DNA of 45,930 nt, taken from Clostridium sp. Lineage in GTDB: Bacteria > Bacillota > Clostridia > Acetivibrionales > Acetivibrionaceae. Below, piece by piece: positions 28,161 to 38,288 of this stretch. Location of the stretch: positions 1 to 45,930 of the forward strand of contig JAAYTO010000102.1 in NCBI GenBank assembly GCA_012523755.1, read 5' to 3'. The first letter of the stretch is position 1. Each line of letters opens with the position of its first letter. The notes under the pieces were generated by a model. That model did not search any database, had not been told where the DNA came from, and was given only the letters and a program-made list of their open reading frames with translations. The position numbers were made by a program, and so were the translations under genes.

Positions 28161-28847
28161 ATGGTAATGTCTTTTGCATCAATGCTTAAACAACTTAGGG
28201 AAGAAAACAAACTTTCGCAGAAAGATATCGCTAATTTTTTGGGCATTACTCGACAGGCTGTTGCCTCATATGAGCTCGCCAAAAGAGAACCGGATTATGA
28301 TGTGTTGAAAAAGCTTGCGGATTACTTTGATGTTTCCATTGATTATTTATTGGGTAGGGCTAATTGCAGGGATATTAATGCAGTTACCATTGGAAAGAAC
28401 ATTGATTTGATAAGGGGAAGCCTTACCTATAAAGAATTGTCAGAGGATATCAGTACCAAGTTAGGAGCACTCATATTTCCGGATATGCTTGAATTGTATG
28501 CAAAAGGGGAAAGAATGCCCTTTGCTGGAACGATTAAAATTCTCGCAAAATATGCACAGGTACGGGATACTTTTTTTTATACGCATAATACTCCAGAGAC
28601 TTACAAGAAGGAAAGGGAGTTTTACAAATTAGAGGTAAATCAGCAAAAGACCACTGAAAGATATAGTCATACATCTTCCTTACTTGATTTTATTAAAGAT
28701 GATCAAATAAGGAATTGGATTTTAAACCAAGATAGCTTGCCTTACATAAAACTGGCTAAAGAGATTCAAGATGCCGGATTACCAGTTGATGTCTTTAAGC
28801 CTCTGATAGAGAGCATAAAAAACACCAATAAAGAAAGTGAAGGATAA
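28161..28847 (+). CDS. XRE-family HTH transcriptional regulator (possible second HTH)
   Basis: LKQLR...SQKDIANFLGITRQAVASYELAKREP...DYLLG, followed by a second degenerate HTH-like segment. Confidence 0.88.
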   Translation: MVMSFASMLKQLREENKLSQKDIANFLGITRQAVASYELAKREPDYDVLKKLADYFDVSIDYLLGRANCRDINAVTIGKNIDLIRGSLTYKELSEDISTKLGALIFPDMLELYAKGERMPFAGTIKILAKYAQVRDTFFYTHNTPETYKKEREFYKLEVNQQKTTERYSHTSSLLDFIKDDQIRNWILNQDSLPYIKLAKEIQDAGLPVDVFKPLIESIKNTNKESEG

Positions 28848-28949
28848 TAATACATTCTCATAAAAATGTTTTTTGGATTGTTGCATAAATTCATTACAGA
28901 AATAAAGTGTAAAAAACTGATAGACGCAGTTTAGGAAGGGTGGTTTCTT

Positions 28950-29540
28950 ATGACCGAAGAGAAGTATCTGGTAGCAACCACTGAAAACTCCTTTCATATT
29001 GCAGTCAGAAATATACTTAACCCTTTAGGCTATATGTTTCTAGGCAGTGGAACGGATTCAATTGCATTGATGAGATTAGTAAGACGCTATAATCCTGATT
29101 TTATTGTTGTAGACCTTGGCATTCAGTGGAGAGAACTCAAACATACCCTTGAAACCATTGATGATGAAATGCTCTGCTTTTGTATTCTCATAGGCGATCA
29201 TAAAGATATAGAAATATTAAACTTTTTAGAAAATACAAAGGTCATCTCTTTTTGCAGTAAGCCATTGAACCGTGACATACTTATTCAAACGGTTGATATG
29301 GCAAGCATGAACTATAGAAGGGTTTCTCAGCTGGACAAAAAACTCAAGGAAGCAACAGAAAAGTATGAAGAGAGAAAGCTAATTGATAAAGCGAAACGTA
29401 TATTGATGGAGGAGGAAGGCTTAAGCGAAAATGAAGCTTATAAAGACCTGAGAAAAAGGAGTATGGATACAAGAACATCCATGAAAGATATTTCTGAATT
29501 TATCATATACAAGCATCAGTCTGGCAATGGAAAAAAGTAG
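28950..29540 (+). CDS. ANTAR-domain response regulator (receiver plus ANTAR)
   Basis: Receiver-like PDFIVVD and SKP; ANTAR ERKLIDKAKRILM....SENEAYKDLRKRSM. Confidence 0.85.
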   Translation: MTEEKYLVATTENSFHIAVRNILNPLGYMFLGSGTDSIALMRLVRRYNPDFIVVDLGIQWRELKHTLETIDDEMLCFCILIGDHKDIEILNFLENTKVISFCSKPLNRDILIQTVDMASMNYRRVSQLDKKLKEATEKYEERKLIDKAKRILMEEEGLSENEAYKDLRKRSMDTRTSMKDISEFIIYKHQSGNGKK

Positions 29541-29556
29541 GATAAATAATTTTTTA

Positions 29557-29585
29557 TAGACAACATGTATCCTGTGATGTAAAAT
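29557..29585 (+). promoter_or_regulatory. sigmaA promoter of prfB
   Basis: TAGACA-17-TAAAAT. Confidence 0.5.
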
Positions 29586-29624
29586 AAGTCATATTGGAAA
29601 TCAAATTTAAAGGAGTTGATAAAG

Positions 29625-30738
29625 GTGTTGGAGCTTGAGCAAATTAAGCTTGAAGTAGAGGATTTTAAACACAATTTAGACGAAATGAGGGCTTCACTTT
29701 GACGTTGTCAGTATGGGCAATCAGATAGAGGAATTAGAACAAAAAGCTTCAGAGCCGGATTTTTGGAATGATGTAGAAAACTCTCAGAAGATTTTGCAAA
29801 AAATTAAAAGCATGAAAGACAAAATGGATAAATATAATAGGTTACTTTCTCAGTGGGAGGACTTAAAGACATTGTGCGAGCTAGGTCTTGAGGAAGAAGA
29901 TGAGAGTTTGATATCTGAAGTGGAGGAAGACTTTAAGGTATTTAAAAAAGGTTATGAAGAACTCAAGTTGGAGACCCTTCTTACAGAACCTTATGATAAG
30001 AACAATGCAATTTTAACCTTGCATGCCGGTGCTGGTGGGACAGAGGCTCAGGATTGGGTGCAGATGCTTCTTAGAATGTATACAAGATGGGCAGAAAAAA
30101 AGGGTTTTACAATTAAAATTTTAGATTATCTTGATGGAGACGAAGCCGGTATTAAAAGTGTTACTTTCAATGTAATAGGAGAGAATGCCTATGGCTTTTT
30201 AAAGTCTGAAAAGGGGGTTCACCGTCTGGTGAGAATATCACCCTTTGATGCTTCGGGAAGAAGACACACTTCCTTTGCATCTTTGGATATTGTTCCGGAA
30301 TTAAGTGATGATATCGAGATCAACATAAATCCAGATGATCTTCGTGTTGATACCTACCGCTCAAGCGGTGCGGGCGGTCAACATGTTAATAAGACAGAAT
30401 CCGCTGTCAGGATTACCCACATTCCGACAGGTATAGTGGTTGCCTGTCAAAATGAGCGGTCACAATTCCAGAACAGGGAAACTGCTATGAAAATGCTTAA
30501 ATCAAAGCTTCTTGAGCTAAAAGAACGGGAACAGAAGGAAAAGATAGAGGATTTGAAGGGTATTCAGATGGAGATTGCATGGGGAAGTCAGATAAGATCC
30601 TATGTTTTTTGTCCCTATACCCTTGTAAAGGATCATAGAACAAATTTTGAGGAGATAAACGTTGATTCTGTTATGGATGGAGAACTGGATCGGCTTATCA
30701 ATGCATACCTTTCAAGTTCTTCAAATACGAAGAATTAA
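29625..30738 (+). CDS. prfB: Peptide chain release factor 2 with a programmed +1 frameshift, join(29625..29699,29701..30738)
   Basis: GTG start after aggag; 25 codons ending AGG GCT TCA CTT TGA C; the +1 frame joins the 29713 ORF carrying SPF and GGQ. Confidence 0.95.
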
Positions 30739-30754
30739 TAAGTGAATGGATTTT

Positions 30755-30792
30755 AAAAAGCGAAGAACATTAAGTAGGTTCTTCGCTTTTTT
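30755..30792. terminator. Bidirectional terminator
   Basis: aaaaagcgaagaac ... gttcttcgcttttt. Confidence 0.8.
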
Positions 30793-30823
30793 GGTCTATT
30801 TATTCTTTATTTCTCAATATTGA

Positions 30824-30911
30824 AATGCTCTCTTTCCCCGTCGCATTAACAGGCTCTAAAATTTGCCTCACAATGTTTTTACCATATTCTCTTCACGTTA
30901 ATGATATGCAC
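30824..30911 (-). repeat. Repeat family A, half copy that keeps part of the inner segment
   Basis: aatgctctctttccccgtcgcattaacaggctctaaaatttgcctcacaatgtttttaccatattctcttcac aligns to the reverse complement of 40669-40744. Confidence 0.85.
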
Positions 30912-30912
30912 T

Positions 30913-33873
30913 TCATGAACCGAACATAATCTCGCAGGTCTTTTCGTCAAACTCAACTGTCAGATTATGAACCACATCGGTTGAAGTGGATTTTGAAAAC
31001 AGATGTACATTAAGCTCAAATTTATTTGTATCTTCTATCGTATATTCTACGAAGGATAAATCTGAATATGGTGAGCTGTAATAGTTTTTGAGCTTTTCTT
31101 CCACCTCGTTGGAGGAAATAAACTTGGAAATGCTTATGTTATCTGCATAAGGATCTATTTTCAGAAAAAAGTATCCGAACCTGTTGTTGTATTGGGCGGA
31201 AATACCCATATACTGAGTTTCAAGCTTTCCAGTCTGTAAAAATTTATTTAAATAGCCGCTGCCCGATAGGTGTATATCTACTTTGGTCATCAGGTAATTC
31301 TCCAGACAGGATTGAATCTCATCTTTTAGTTGTGCAGCAGTATAGTTTCTTATCAGTTGTATATAGAAGCCGCTTTTAGATGGCAACACATCAATAAAGT
31401 AGTTTTTTGTAAATACAGGGGAAGTAACAGTATTTGAGTACTTGATTGTTACTGTCATATTATCGGGAGCCGATTCAATATCATGAATAACTTTATCGTT
31501 ATACATATCAAGAAGCTTGTTTTTAGCATAATTTATAGCTTCATCTTGAGCAAGGGCACTTGTGATTTCAAGATTCTTGTTATCATAGTTGAGCTTTAAC
31601 CTGTATGCCCCGGCTCCACTGCAATTGCTAATGTAAAGCAGCACATCATCGTTGGTATCTAAATATCTTGCATAGGGAATGGTTGTAGATTTCCCCAGTA
31701 CTAATTTAAAATAATGCTCTAAAAATGCTAATTTTCTGCCTTTTTGCTTCCCGGATTCTGCTCTTTTAAAGAATTCATTGGTCTCTTCAAGAGTAAAGGA
31801 TTGTGTAATGTAATTTACTGCATAATCAAGGTTTTTGTCTAAAAGATACCCATTAGTGCTCAGATAATCGCTTATGGAAATAAACAGGGTATACACCTTG
31901 TTGTTGCGTATTATGTTGATACAATAGCCAATCTTGTGCCTGTCACTTTCGTCTAAATAATTTATCAATCTATATATGTAAACTATATTGCTTTCTATTT
32001 TTGAGCTTATGTTAAGTACTTTTGAGATTCTGCCGCTGTAAGGTGCATAGTAGTTTTTGGTGTATTTGCTAAAATCATTGGCTTTGCCGCTTGCAAACAA
32101 CTCTAAAATCTCCTCGGGAGAGGCGGTAATTAAGCATTCTGATTCATTTACACAAATTTCAATAGCTCCGGAGTATTCTGGAATTTGCATGAACAACCTA
32201 TCAAAATTTATGTCTTTAGATACGTCGGAAAGGTTCCAGTTTTCAGGATAGTAGAAAGAGTAACCTTCATAGTCATTCATGTATTTTCTGAAATTAATAT
32301 TTAAAGGTTGCTCGATTTTTGTAGATTCCGTGAACCGGATTGATTTCACAATCTCCAAAAAGGCATTTATTATTTCCTCAGAAGGTGTTCTAAACCTGCT
32401 GTTTAGTTCAATGGTATAAAGCTTTGAACCATTAACTATATAATAGCTTAAAACATGGTATGTATCCGAACCTTCGTAGGTTTCATAATTCAAGCGGTAG
32501 AATTCCCTGCTCGAAAGTATCACATTTCCTTCCTCTTTAACGGTTATCCTTTTATTAATGGATTGCTTTAACAGGTCGGTTTTTTCTTTGATGGCCGTGT
32601 CGGGATTTTGTGTATTTTCCACCGATATGGAAAAATAATTATTATAATCCATTTTAAAGCTTGTGTAATCATTACTGTCAATGATTTGATTCTGCAAATA
32701 CGGCAAAAATACAGAAGGATAACTTATACTATAATTCTGCCCGGGATTTTTATACTCGGTATATTCGAAAATAGTTTTTCCAAGGGGCGGATAAATACCG
32801 AGGTTTGCAGCACTGATGATTTTATTGTCAGCCAGTGCCTTTAAACTGTTCGAAGTATGAGGCAAGCCTTCAATTTTTAAGGCATTAATCAGCCCAAGGA
32901 TTTTGTCGATATTTTCTTTTCTTAAAAATCCTTTCTTTCCGTTTATGCTGAGGGTGTATATGGACAATTTAGAATATATGGGTATAGTTATAAGAATATG
33001 TGTTTCTTCGGAAGAAGAATACCGATCGCTCTTCATAGTATTGTATATAACCAAATCGGAAGATTGACCATAAACACTTTCGTTGGTGTCAGCGAATATT
33101 TTTATATTGGATTCACTCAGTAAAGAGTCGGTTCCGCTGAACAAAAACTCGGATTTATACAAATCCTGCATGGCTCTAAAATAGCTTTTTGTATAGTTGT
33201 TGATCTGATTGAAAATTTGTTCGTCAGTAGAATCATAATCATTAAGGATCATCCTCATTCCAGCAATGGATAAGCTATCGAGCTTATCACAATTTATGGC
33301 ATAAGTGAATTCTTGATTTTTGTCTGACAATACAATTAAGTCTTCACTAAAGCCGTCGAAGGAACCTGTAAGGTCAAAACTTACATAGTCAGGTATATTC
33401 AGAGAGTAGCTGTGCTTGATATTGGTGAAAGTTTTAAGGTCTTTGTTGGGCAAAAAATAAATAGAATCCGATTTTTTATCATATTTAACGATTGTATTAA
33501 ACTTTTCTTCTATAAAACCTATGGGAAAATAGATGGAGCCGTTGATTTTTTCAGGAGTATTGGGGCGTTTACTTTTTAATGAAACAATGGAGTAGTCTAA
33601 GGGTGATATGTAATATGTACTGTCGGATTCACCGTCATGAATGGTAAGAGTTTTACCCATACTATCGAATATTAGTTTTAATCCAAATACTTCTGCCATT
33701 TCATCAGCATCAAAATAATACTCACCGTTTTTTGTGATCAAACTATCTTTTTGAAGAACATAGCTTTTACCGTTGTAATGCAGATTGATACTTTGATCGG
33801 CATGAGCAACGCAAGTAAAGCTCAGTGCCATCATGACCCATAGCATTATTATTAAAATATAAGTTTTTTTCAT
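30913..33873 (-). CDS. Secreted 986-aa protein: copper-amine-oxidase-like N-terminal stalk plus repeated PsbP-like domains
   Basis: Signal peptide (AHA-D), stalk motif NGSIYFPIGFIEEKF, three (Y/F).N...YS...P repeat starts. Confidence 0.6.
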   Translation of the reverse strand: MKKTYILIIMLWVMMALSFTCVAHADQSINLHYNGKSYVLQKDSLITKNGEYYFDADEMAEVFGLKLIFDSMGKTLTIHDGESDSTYYISPLDYSIVSLKSKRPNTPEKINGSIYFPIGFIEEKFNTIVKYDKKSDSIYFLPNKDLKTFTNIKHSYSLNIPDYVSFDLTGSFDGFSEDLIVLSDKNQEFTYAINCDKLDSLSIAGMRMILNDYDSTDEQIFNQINNYTKSYFRAMQDLYKSEFLFSGTDSLLSESNIKIFADTNESVYGQSSDLVIYNTMKSDRYSSSEETHILITIPIYSKLSIYTLSINGKKGFLRKENIDKILGLINALKIEGLPHTSNSLKALADNKIISAANLGIYPPLGKTIFEYTEYKNPGQNYSISYPSVFLPYLQNQIIDSNDYTSFKMDYNNYFSISVENTQNPDTAIKEKTDLLKQSINKRITVKEEGNVILSSREFYRLNYETYEGSDTYHVLSYYIVNGSKLYTIELNSRFRTPSEEIINAFLEIVKSIRFTESTKIEQPLNINFRKYMNDYEGYSFYYPENWNLSDVSKDINFDRLFMQIPEYSGAIEICVNESECLITASPEEILELFASGKANDFSKYTKNYYAPYSGRISKVLNISSKIESNIVYIYRLINYLDESDRHKIGYCINIIRNNKVYTLFISISDYLSTNGYLLDKNLDYAVNYITQSFTLEETNEFFKRAESGKQKGRKLAFLEHYFKLVLGKSTTIPYARYLDTNDDVLLYISNCSGAGAYRLKLNYDNKNLEITSALAQDEAINYAKNKLLDMYNDKVIHDIESAPDNMTVTIKYSNTVTSPVFTKNYFIDVLPSKSGFYIQLIRNYTAAQLKDEIQSCLENYLMTKVDIHLSGSGYLNKFLQTGKLETQYMGISAQYNNRFGYFFLKIDPYADNISISKFISSNEVEEKLKNYYSSPYSDLSFVEYTIEDTNKFELNVHLFSKSTSTDVVHNLTVEFDEKTCEIMFGS

Positions 33874-33900
33874 GTTTCACACTTTCCTTTTATATAAGTT

Positions 33901-33953
33901 GTTATAACACCTCGGTTCAAAGAAAATTTTCATGTTATAGAAAAATTTTCTTA
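33901..33953 (-). repeat. Repeat family B, copy 2 (faces the 986-aa gene)
   Basis: Reverse complement taagaaaatttttctataacatgaaaattttctttgaaccgaggtgttataac; 45/53 identical to 43441-43493 without gaps. Confidence 0.85.
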
Positions 33954-34152
33954 TTTCCTCTTTATAAGCAGTGTATATTATGTATATTATCAAAAGCTTC
34001 AGCCTTATACAACAAGTGTTAACTCATTGTAAAATAAGTGAAACAAACATTTAATATACTAGTAGTGGTTTATTTTTTATTGCTTCAGTGTTTTATATGT
34101 CCACTGTTGATGGGTGCAACTATCTTTTCTTCACGTTCGTTTATAAATATTA

Positions 34153-34204
34153 TTGACAAAAACCAGTTATATAATATATACTGTATATATACGGTATATA
34201 CAGT
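34153..34204 (+). promoter_or_regulatory. sigmaA promoter with a YtrA-type GntR operator
   Basis: TTGACA-18-TATACT overlapped by the perfect inverted repeat actgtatata-tacgg-tatatacagt (34180-34204). Confidence 0.75.
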
Positions 34205-34229
34205 AATTACTCGCGGAAAGGAGCAAAAG

Positions 34230-34607
34230 ATGGACATTGTTATTTCAAACTCCTCTGAGAAACCGATTTATGAGCAGATAGTTTCGCAGATAAAGGATGC
34301 TATTATTAAAGGGGTTCTTAAGGAAGCTGAAACTCTTCCATCCATAAGAAGTCTCGCCAGGGAGCTGAAAATTAGTGTAATTACGACAAAAAGGGCATAT
34401 GATGAACTGCAAAAGGAAGGATTTATAGTCATTGTACCCGGTAAAGGAACCTTTGTTGCGGCACAAAACAAAGACTTGTTAAGGGAGTCAAGGATAAGAA
34501 TTGTAGAGGAAAAACTGATAGAAGCGGTAAGTGCGGCAAAGTCTATAGAACTATCCTTTGATGAACTTTTGGAGATGTTAAAACTATTTTATAAGGAGGA
34601 TTATTAA
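34230..34607 (+). CDS. GntR family regulator, YtrA subfamily
   Basis: PIYEQI, LPSIRSLARELKIS, KRAY, GKGTFV, short C-terminus. ATG at 34230 after aaggag. Confidence 0.92.
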   Translation: MDIVISNSSEKPIYEQIVSQIKDAIIKGVLKEAETLPSIRSLARELKISVITTKRAYDELQKEGFIVIVPGKGTFVAAQNKDLLRESRIRIVEEKLIEAVSAAKSIELSFDELLEMLKLFYKEDY

Positions 34608-34608
34608 C

Positions 34609-35475
34609 ATGACGCCGATTCTTGAGATAAAAAACCTGAGAAAAGAGTTCAAGGATTTTTGTTTAAAGGACATAAGCCTTTCTCTTGAAAGGGGATTTAT
34701 AATGGGTTTTATTGGACCAAACGGTGCCGGTAAAAGTACCACAATAAAACTTATATTGAATCTTATGAAAAGAGACAGTGGCGAGATAAATATATTCGGA
34801 AAAGACAATATAGCCTATGAAAGGGAAGTAAAAAACAGGATTGGATTCGTTTTGGACGAGAGCCATTATTATGAGGAGATTACAATACGAGAGATGAAAA
34901 GCATAATTGCTCCTTTTTATGATAAGTGGGATGAGGGAATTTTTAAAAAATATGTTAAGGAATTTGGGCTTTCGATGGATAAAAAAATAAAGGAGCTTTC
35001 AAAGGGAATGAAGATGAAATTTTCGCTGGCGGTGGCACTTTCCCATGATGCAGAGCTTTTAATCATGGATGAACCTACATCGGGTCTTGATCCGGTGGTC
35101 AGAAGCGAGCTGTTGGACATATTAAGCGATCTTATGCAGGATGAAAACAAGGGAGTGTTTTTCTCGACCCATATTACTTCGGATCTCGATAAGATTGCTG
35201 ACTATATTACATTTATCAATAATGGTGAAATAGTCCTGAGTACAGCTAAGGATGACATACTGGATAACTTTGGACTGGTAAAGGGGGCAAAGGAGTTACT
35301 CCGGGGCAACGACTCAAAGGAGTTTATTGGAATACAGGAGAATCAATACGGCTTTGAAGCTCTTGTACAGAATAAAGAAGAATTCAGAAAATTGTATGGA
35401 GACAAAATTGTCATTGAAAAACCCACATTGGAGGATATTATGGTTTATTACACAAGGAGGGGTATAAATGCTTAG
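34609..35475 (+). CDS. ABC transporter ATP-binding protein
   Basis: GPNGAGKS, LSKGM, LIMDEP. Confidence 0.92.
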   Translation: MTPILEIKNLRKEFKDFCLKDISLSLERGFIMGFIGPNGAGKSTTIKLILNLMKRDSGEINIFGKDNIAYEREVKNRIGFVLDESHYYEEITIREMKSIIAPFYDKWDEGIFKKYVKEFGLSMDKKIKELSKGMKMKFSLAVALSHDAELLIMDEPTSGLDPVVRSELLDILSDLMQDENKGVFFSTHITSDLDKIADYITFINNGEIVLSTAKDDILDNFGLVKGAKELLRGNDSKEFIGIQENQYGFEALVQNKEEFRKLYGDKIVIEKPTLEDIMVYYTRRGINA

Positions 35476-36124
35476 TCTTGTAATTAAAGATATACTAGTG
35501 CAAAAGAAAACTTTTGTTGGTGCACTTTTCTATTTGGTGTTTTTTGTTTTTGTCTTTCAGAGTCTGGAAGGGAATATGTATACGGCTGCGATTGTTGCCT
35601 TTGCTTATTTGTTGGTCATGGGAGGATTCGCTTATGACGATAAAAGCAAATCGGATATTATGCTGAACAGTCTTCCTATTAAGAGAGAAAATGTAGTAAT
35701 GGCAAAGTATATATCGATATTTGCTTACATTGCTATTGGGACGATAGCCTATATCGTTATTACTTTCGGGATTTCAACATTGAATATGTATGTAAAAACG
35801 TATCCGGTTACATTAGAATTGATAGTGGGGGCGGTTTTTGCTGTCAGTTTATTGAATTCAATATCTTTCCCGTTGATATTCAAGTTAGGTTACACTAAAG
35901 CAAGGGTTTTAAACATGATATTGTTTATTTCGATTTTCTTTGGTGCTCCTTTGCTGGTCAACTTTTTTTCGAAACCGAACAGCGAATTTATTACGGCTGT
36001 CGTGAATTTTTTGAAAAATCAATCTGATGTTGCTATAGCTTCGGGTTTATTGGCTTTATCTTTTCTATTTCTTTTAATATCATACATGATTTCGGTTAAG
36101 CTATATAAAGGAAGGGATTTTTAA
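35468..36124 (+). CDS. ABC-2 transporter permease
   Basis: About 6 TM segments, SLPIKR..VV.AKY, C-terminal SVKLYKGRDF. Confidence 0.85.
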   Translation: MLSLVIKDILVQKKTFVGALFYLVFFVFVFQSLEGNMYTAAIVAFAYLLVMGGFAYDDKSKSDIMLNSLPIKRENVVMAKYISIFAYIAIGTIAYIVITFGISTLNMYVKTYPVTLELIVGAVFAVSLLNSISFPLIFKLGYTKARVLNMILFISIFFGAPLLVNFFSKPNSEFITAVVNFLKNQSDVAIASGLLALSFLFLLISYMISVKLYKGRDF

Positions 36125-36145
36125 CTGCCGATTGAAGCGGGCAAA

Positions 36146-36248
36146 GGGGTGCGTTAAATAAGAGTGAAGGAAATATTCTAAAGACTTAAGTTTCGTAGTC
36201 TTCACTATGTTTCTCCCTTATTTAATTCACTTTAATAATATGCACACC
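36146..36248 (-). repeat. Repeat family A, internally deleted copy
   Basis: Aligns end to end with the reverse complement of 24156-24251, with about 10 extra nt matching the start of the inner arm of the 40666 copy. Confidence 0.8.
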
Positions 36249-36452
36249 GAGGGAAGCGATTCTATGGGTATTAATAAAATTAGGAAATTGTGATATTATT
36301 CTATTGGTAGCGTTTCTCAAAATGAAATTGGCAAATTATGGAGGGACTTGATGCTCTAAAAATTTTACAGTTGCTATTTCACGAGTTGAAGTTTGGCAAT
36401 GAGAAAAGGAGCTTTCGGGTTATATAGATCAATTAATGGGATTGGTGTGAAT

Positions 36453-37319
36453 ATGAATATAGGTATAATAGGTGCAGGAAGAGTGGGCTGTGCCTTTGGA
36501 ACAGGGCTTAAAAACAGCGGATTTTTCGTCACAGGAGTATACAGCAGAAGCGATGATTCCCAGAGGTTTTTATGCAACAAGCTGGAATTAAACTATATAA
36601 ACGACCTAAGGGAAACCGTTAAAAACTCTGAAGTCATTTTAATTTCGGTTCCGGACAACAGTATAAAAGATGTTGCTGAAAAAATAATTCAAAATACGGA
36701 GCCGGAATATATTAGATCAAAAGTATTTATACATCTTAGCGGTGCATTGACTTCGGAAGTGTTGGAGCTATTGCAAAAGGCCGGGGCGTTTGTTGGTTCT
36801 CTCCATCCTGTCCAGACTTTCGCGGATAGGGAGAATGGCTGGAGAAAGCTGTATAACATATATTATGGCTTTGAGGGCTGCGATAAGGCACGGGATATTG
36901 CCTTAGGAATCATTAAAGCCTTTGACGGCAAAATTATTCATATCGACAAGAAGGACAAACCGCTATATCACATGGCAGCATGCATAATCTCCAATTATAC
37001 GGTGACTCTTTCCCATGTTGCCCACAAAATATTAGAGAATATAGGAATTGATGGGGAGGATGCAGCAAAGGTTTTTTTTCCCCTTATAAAAAACACGGTG
37101 GATAACATTGAAAAGTACGGAAGTGTTGATGCACTTACCGGTCCTATATCAAGAGGAGATTATAAGGTTGTTGAGGAACACATCAAGGCTCTTGACGGTT
37201 TACAATCACAAACAGGGGATATATATAAAATATTGGGGCAAAGGACAGTTGACTTGGCTCTTAAAAAAGGGACTATTTCAAAGGAAAGTGCAGAAAAGCT
37301 CAGGAGTCTTTTGTCATAA
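36453..37319 (+). CDS. Rossmann-like/DUF2520 oxidoreductase (PanG-like ketopantoate reductase candidate)
   Basis: GAGRVG, VPD, HLSGA, SLHPVQTF, YH.AA...SN and LTGPISRGD motifs. Confidence 0.8.
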   Translation: MNIGIIGAGRVGCAFGTGLKNSGFFVTGVYSRSDDSQRFLCNKLELNYINDLRETVKNSEVILISVPDNSIKDVAEKIIQNTEPEYIRSKVFIHLSGALTSEVLELLQKAGAFVGSLHPVQTFADRENGWRKLYNIYYGFEGCDKARDIALGIIKAFDGKIIHIDKKDKPLYHMAACIISNYTVTLSHVAHKILENIGIDGEDAAKVFFPLIKNTVDNIEKYGSVDALTGPISRGDYKVVEEHIKALDGLQSQTGDIYKILGQRTVDLALKKGTISKESAEKLRSLLS

Positions 37320-37434
37320 TATTTCGGGTTGCCTGTGTCTATACCTGTGGATTTAATCCCGGGAATTTAAATTTTTTTTGTAAATAAGAATATAATACGA
37401 TGTATATTAAATTGAAGGTGTGGGGAGAAGGTTT

Positions 37435-38181
37435 ATGGATTCTGAATACTTAAAAAAACTGTTGGAGAAGGTTAAGGATGGGAATATAACCGTTGACGAG
37501 ACCTTGCTTGAACTTAAAAAGCTTCCCTTTGAGGATTTAGGTTTTGTCAAGGTTGACCATCACAGAAATATAAGAAACGGTTACCCTGAGGTGATTTATT
37601 GTGAGGGAAAAACCGCTGAACAGATTAAAAAAATAGTGGAAAAGCTGATGGAAAGCAACAATAATATCATGGCTACCAGGGTCGATGCCAAGGTCTATGA
37701 GGCTATAAAGGAGATTACTTCCGATGTTGTTTACCATGAGGCGGCAAGGATTGTGGTGGTAAAAAAGAGGGAAATACCTGTCTCCGACAAGATTGTTGCT
37801 GTTTTGACTGCCGGTACATCGGACATTCCGGTGGCCGAAGAAGCTGCGGTTACTTGTGAGACCATGGGAAATCGCGTTGAAAGGGTATACGATGTAGGTG
37901 TAGCCGGAATTCACCGGTTGTTCTCTAAAGCGGATATTATTTTGAAGGCTAATGTGTTGGTAGTTGTGGCGGGGATGGAAGGGGCCTTGGCCAGTGTGGT
38001 CAGTGGACTGGTAGACAAACCCGTAATAGCCGTGCCCACCAGTGTCGGATACGGTGCGAATTTTGGCGGTCTTTCAGCCCTTTTGTCCATGTTGAACAGT
38101 TGTGCTGCGGGAATCGGCGTTGTGAATATTGATAACGGTTTTGGTGCCGGTTTTCTGGCGGCTATGATAAACAAACTTTAG
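37435..38181 (+). CDS. larB: Nickel-pincer cofactor biosynthesis protein LarB
   Basis: DHHR..RNGYPEVIYCEGKT, AGTSD, DVGVAG, AGMEGAL, PTSVGYG, LNSC, NIDNGFGA. Confidence 0.92.
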   Translation: MDSEYLKKLLEKVKDGNITVDETLLELKKLPFEDLGFVKVDHHRNIRNGYPEVIYCEGKTAEQIKKIVEKLMESNNNIMATRVDAKVYEAIKEITSDVVYHEAARIVVVKKREIPVSDKIVAVLTAGTSDIPVAEEAAVTCETMGNRVERVYDVGVAGIHRLFSKADIILKANVLVVVAGMEGALASVVSGLVDKPVIAVPTSVGYGANFGGLSALLSMLNSCAAGIGVVNIDNGFGAGFLAAMINKL

Positions 38182-38288
38182 CTTGTTTTGAATGCACAAA
38201 GTAAATTTATTTGAGGCATTTACTGTTTACGGTTTTTGACCCGTTCATTTTATAAAATATTACTAATGCAAAAAAGAGAGGATAAAAT

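Noticed and set aside
34038-34229. N-terminal extension of the GntR ORF
   Set aside because: It spans the promoter and operator; the RBS supports ATG at 34230.
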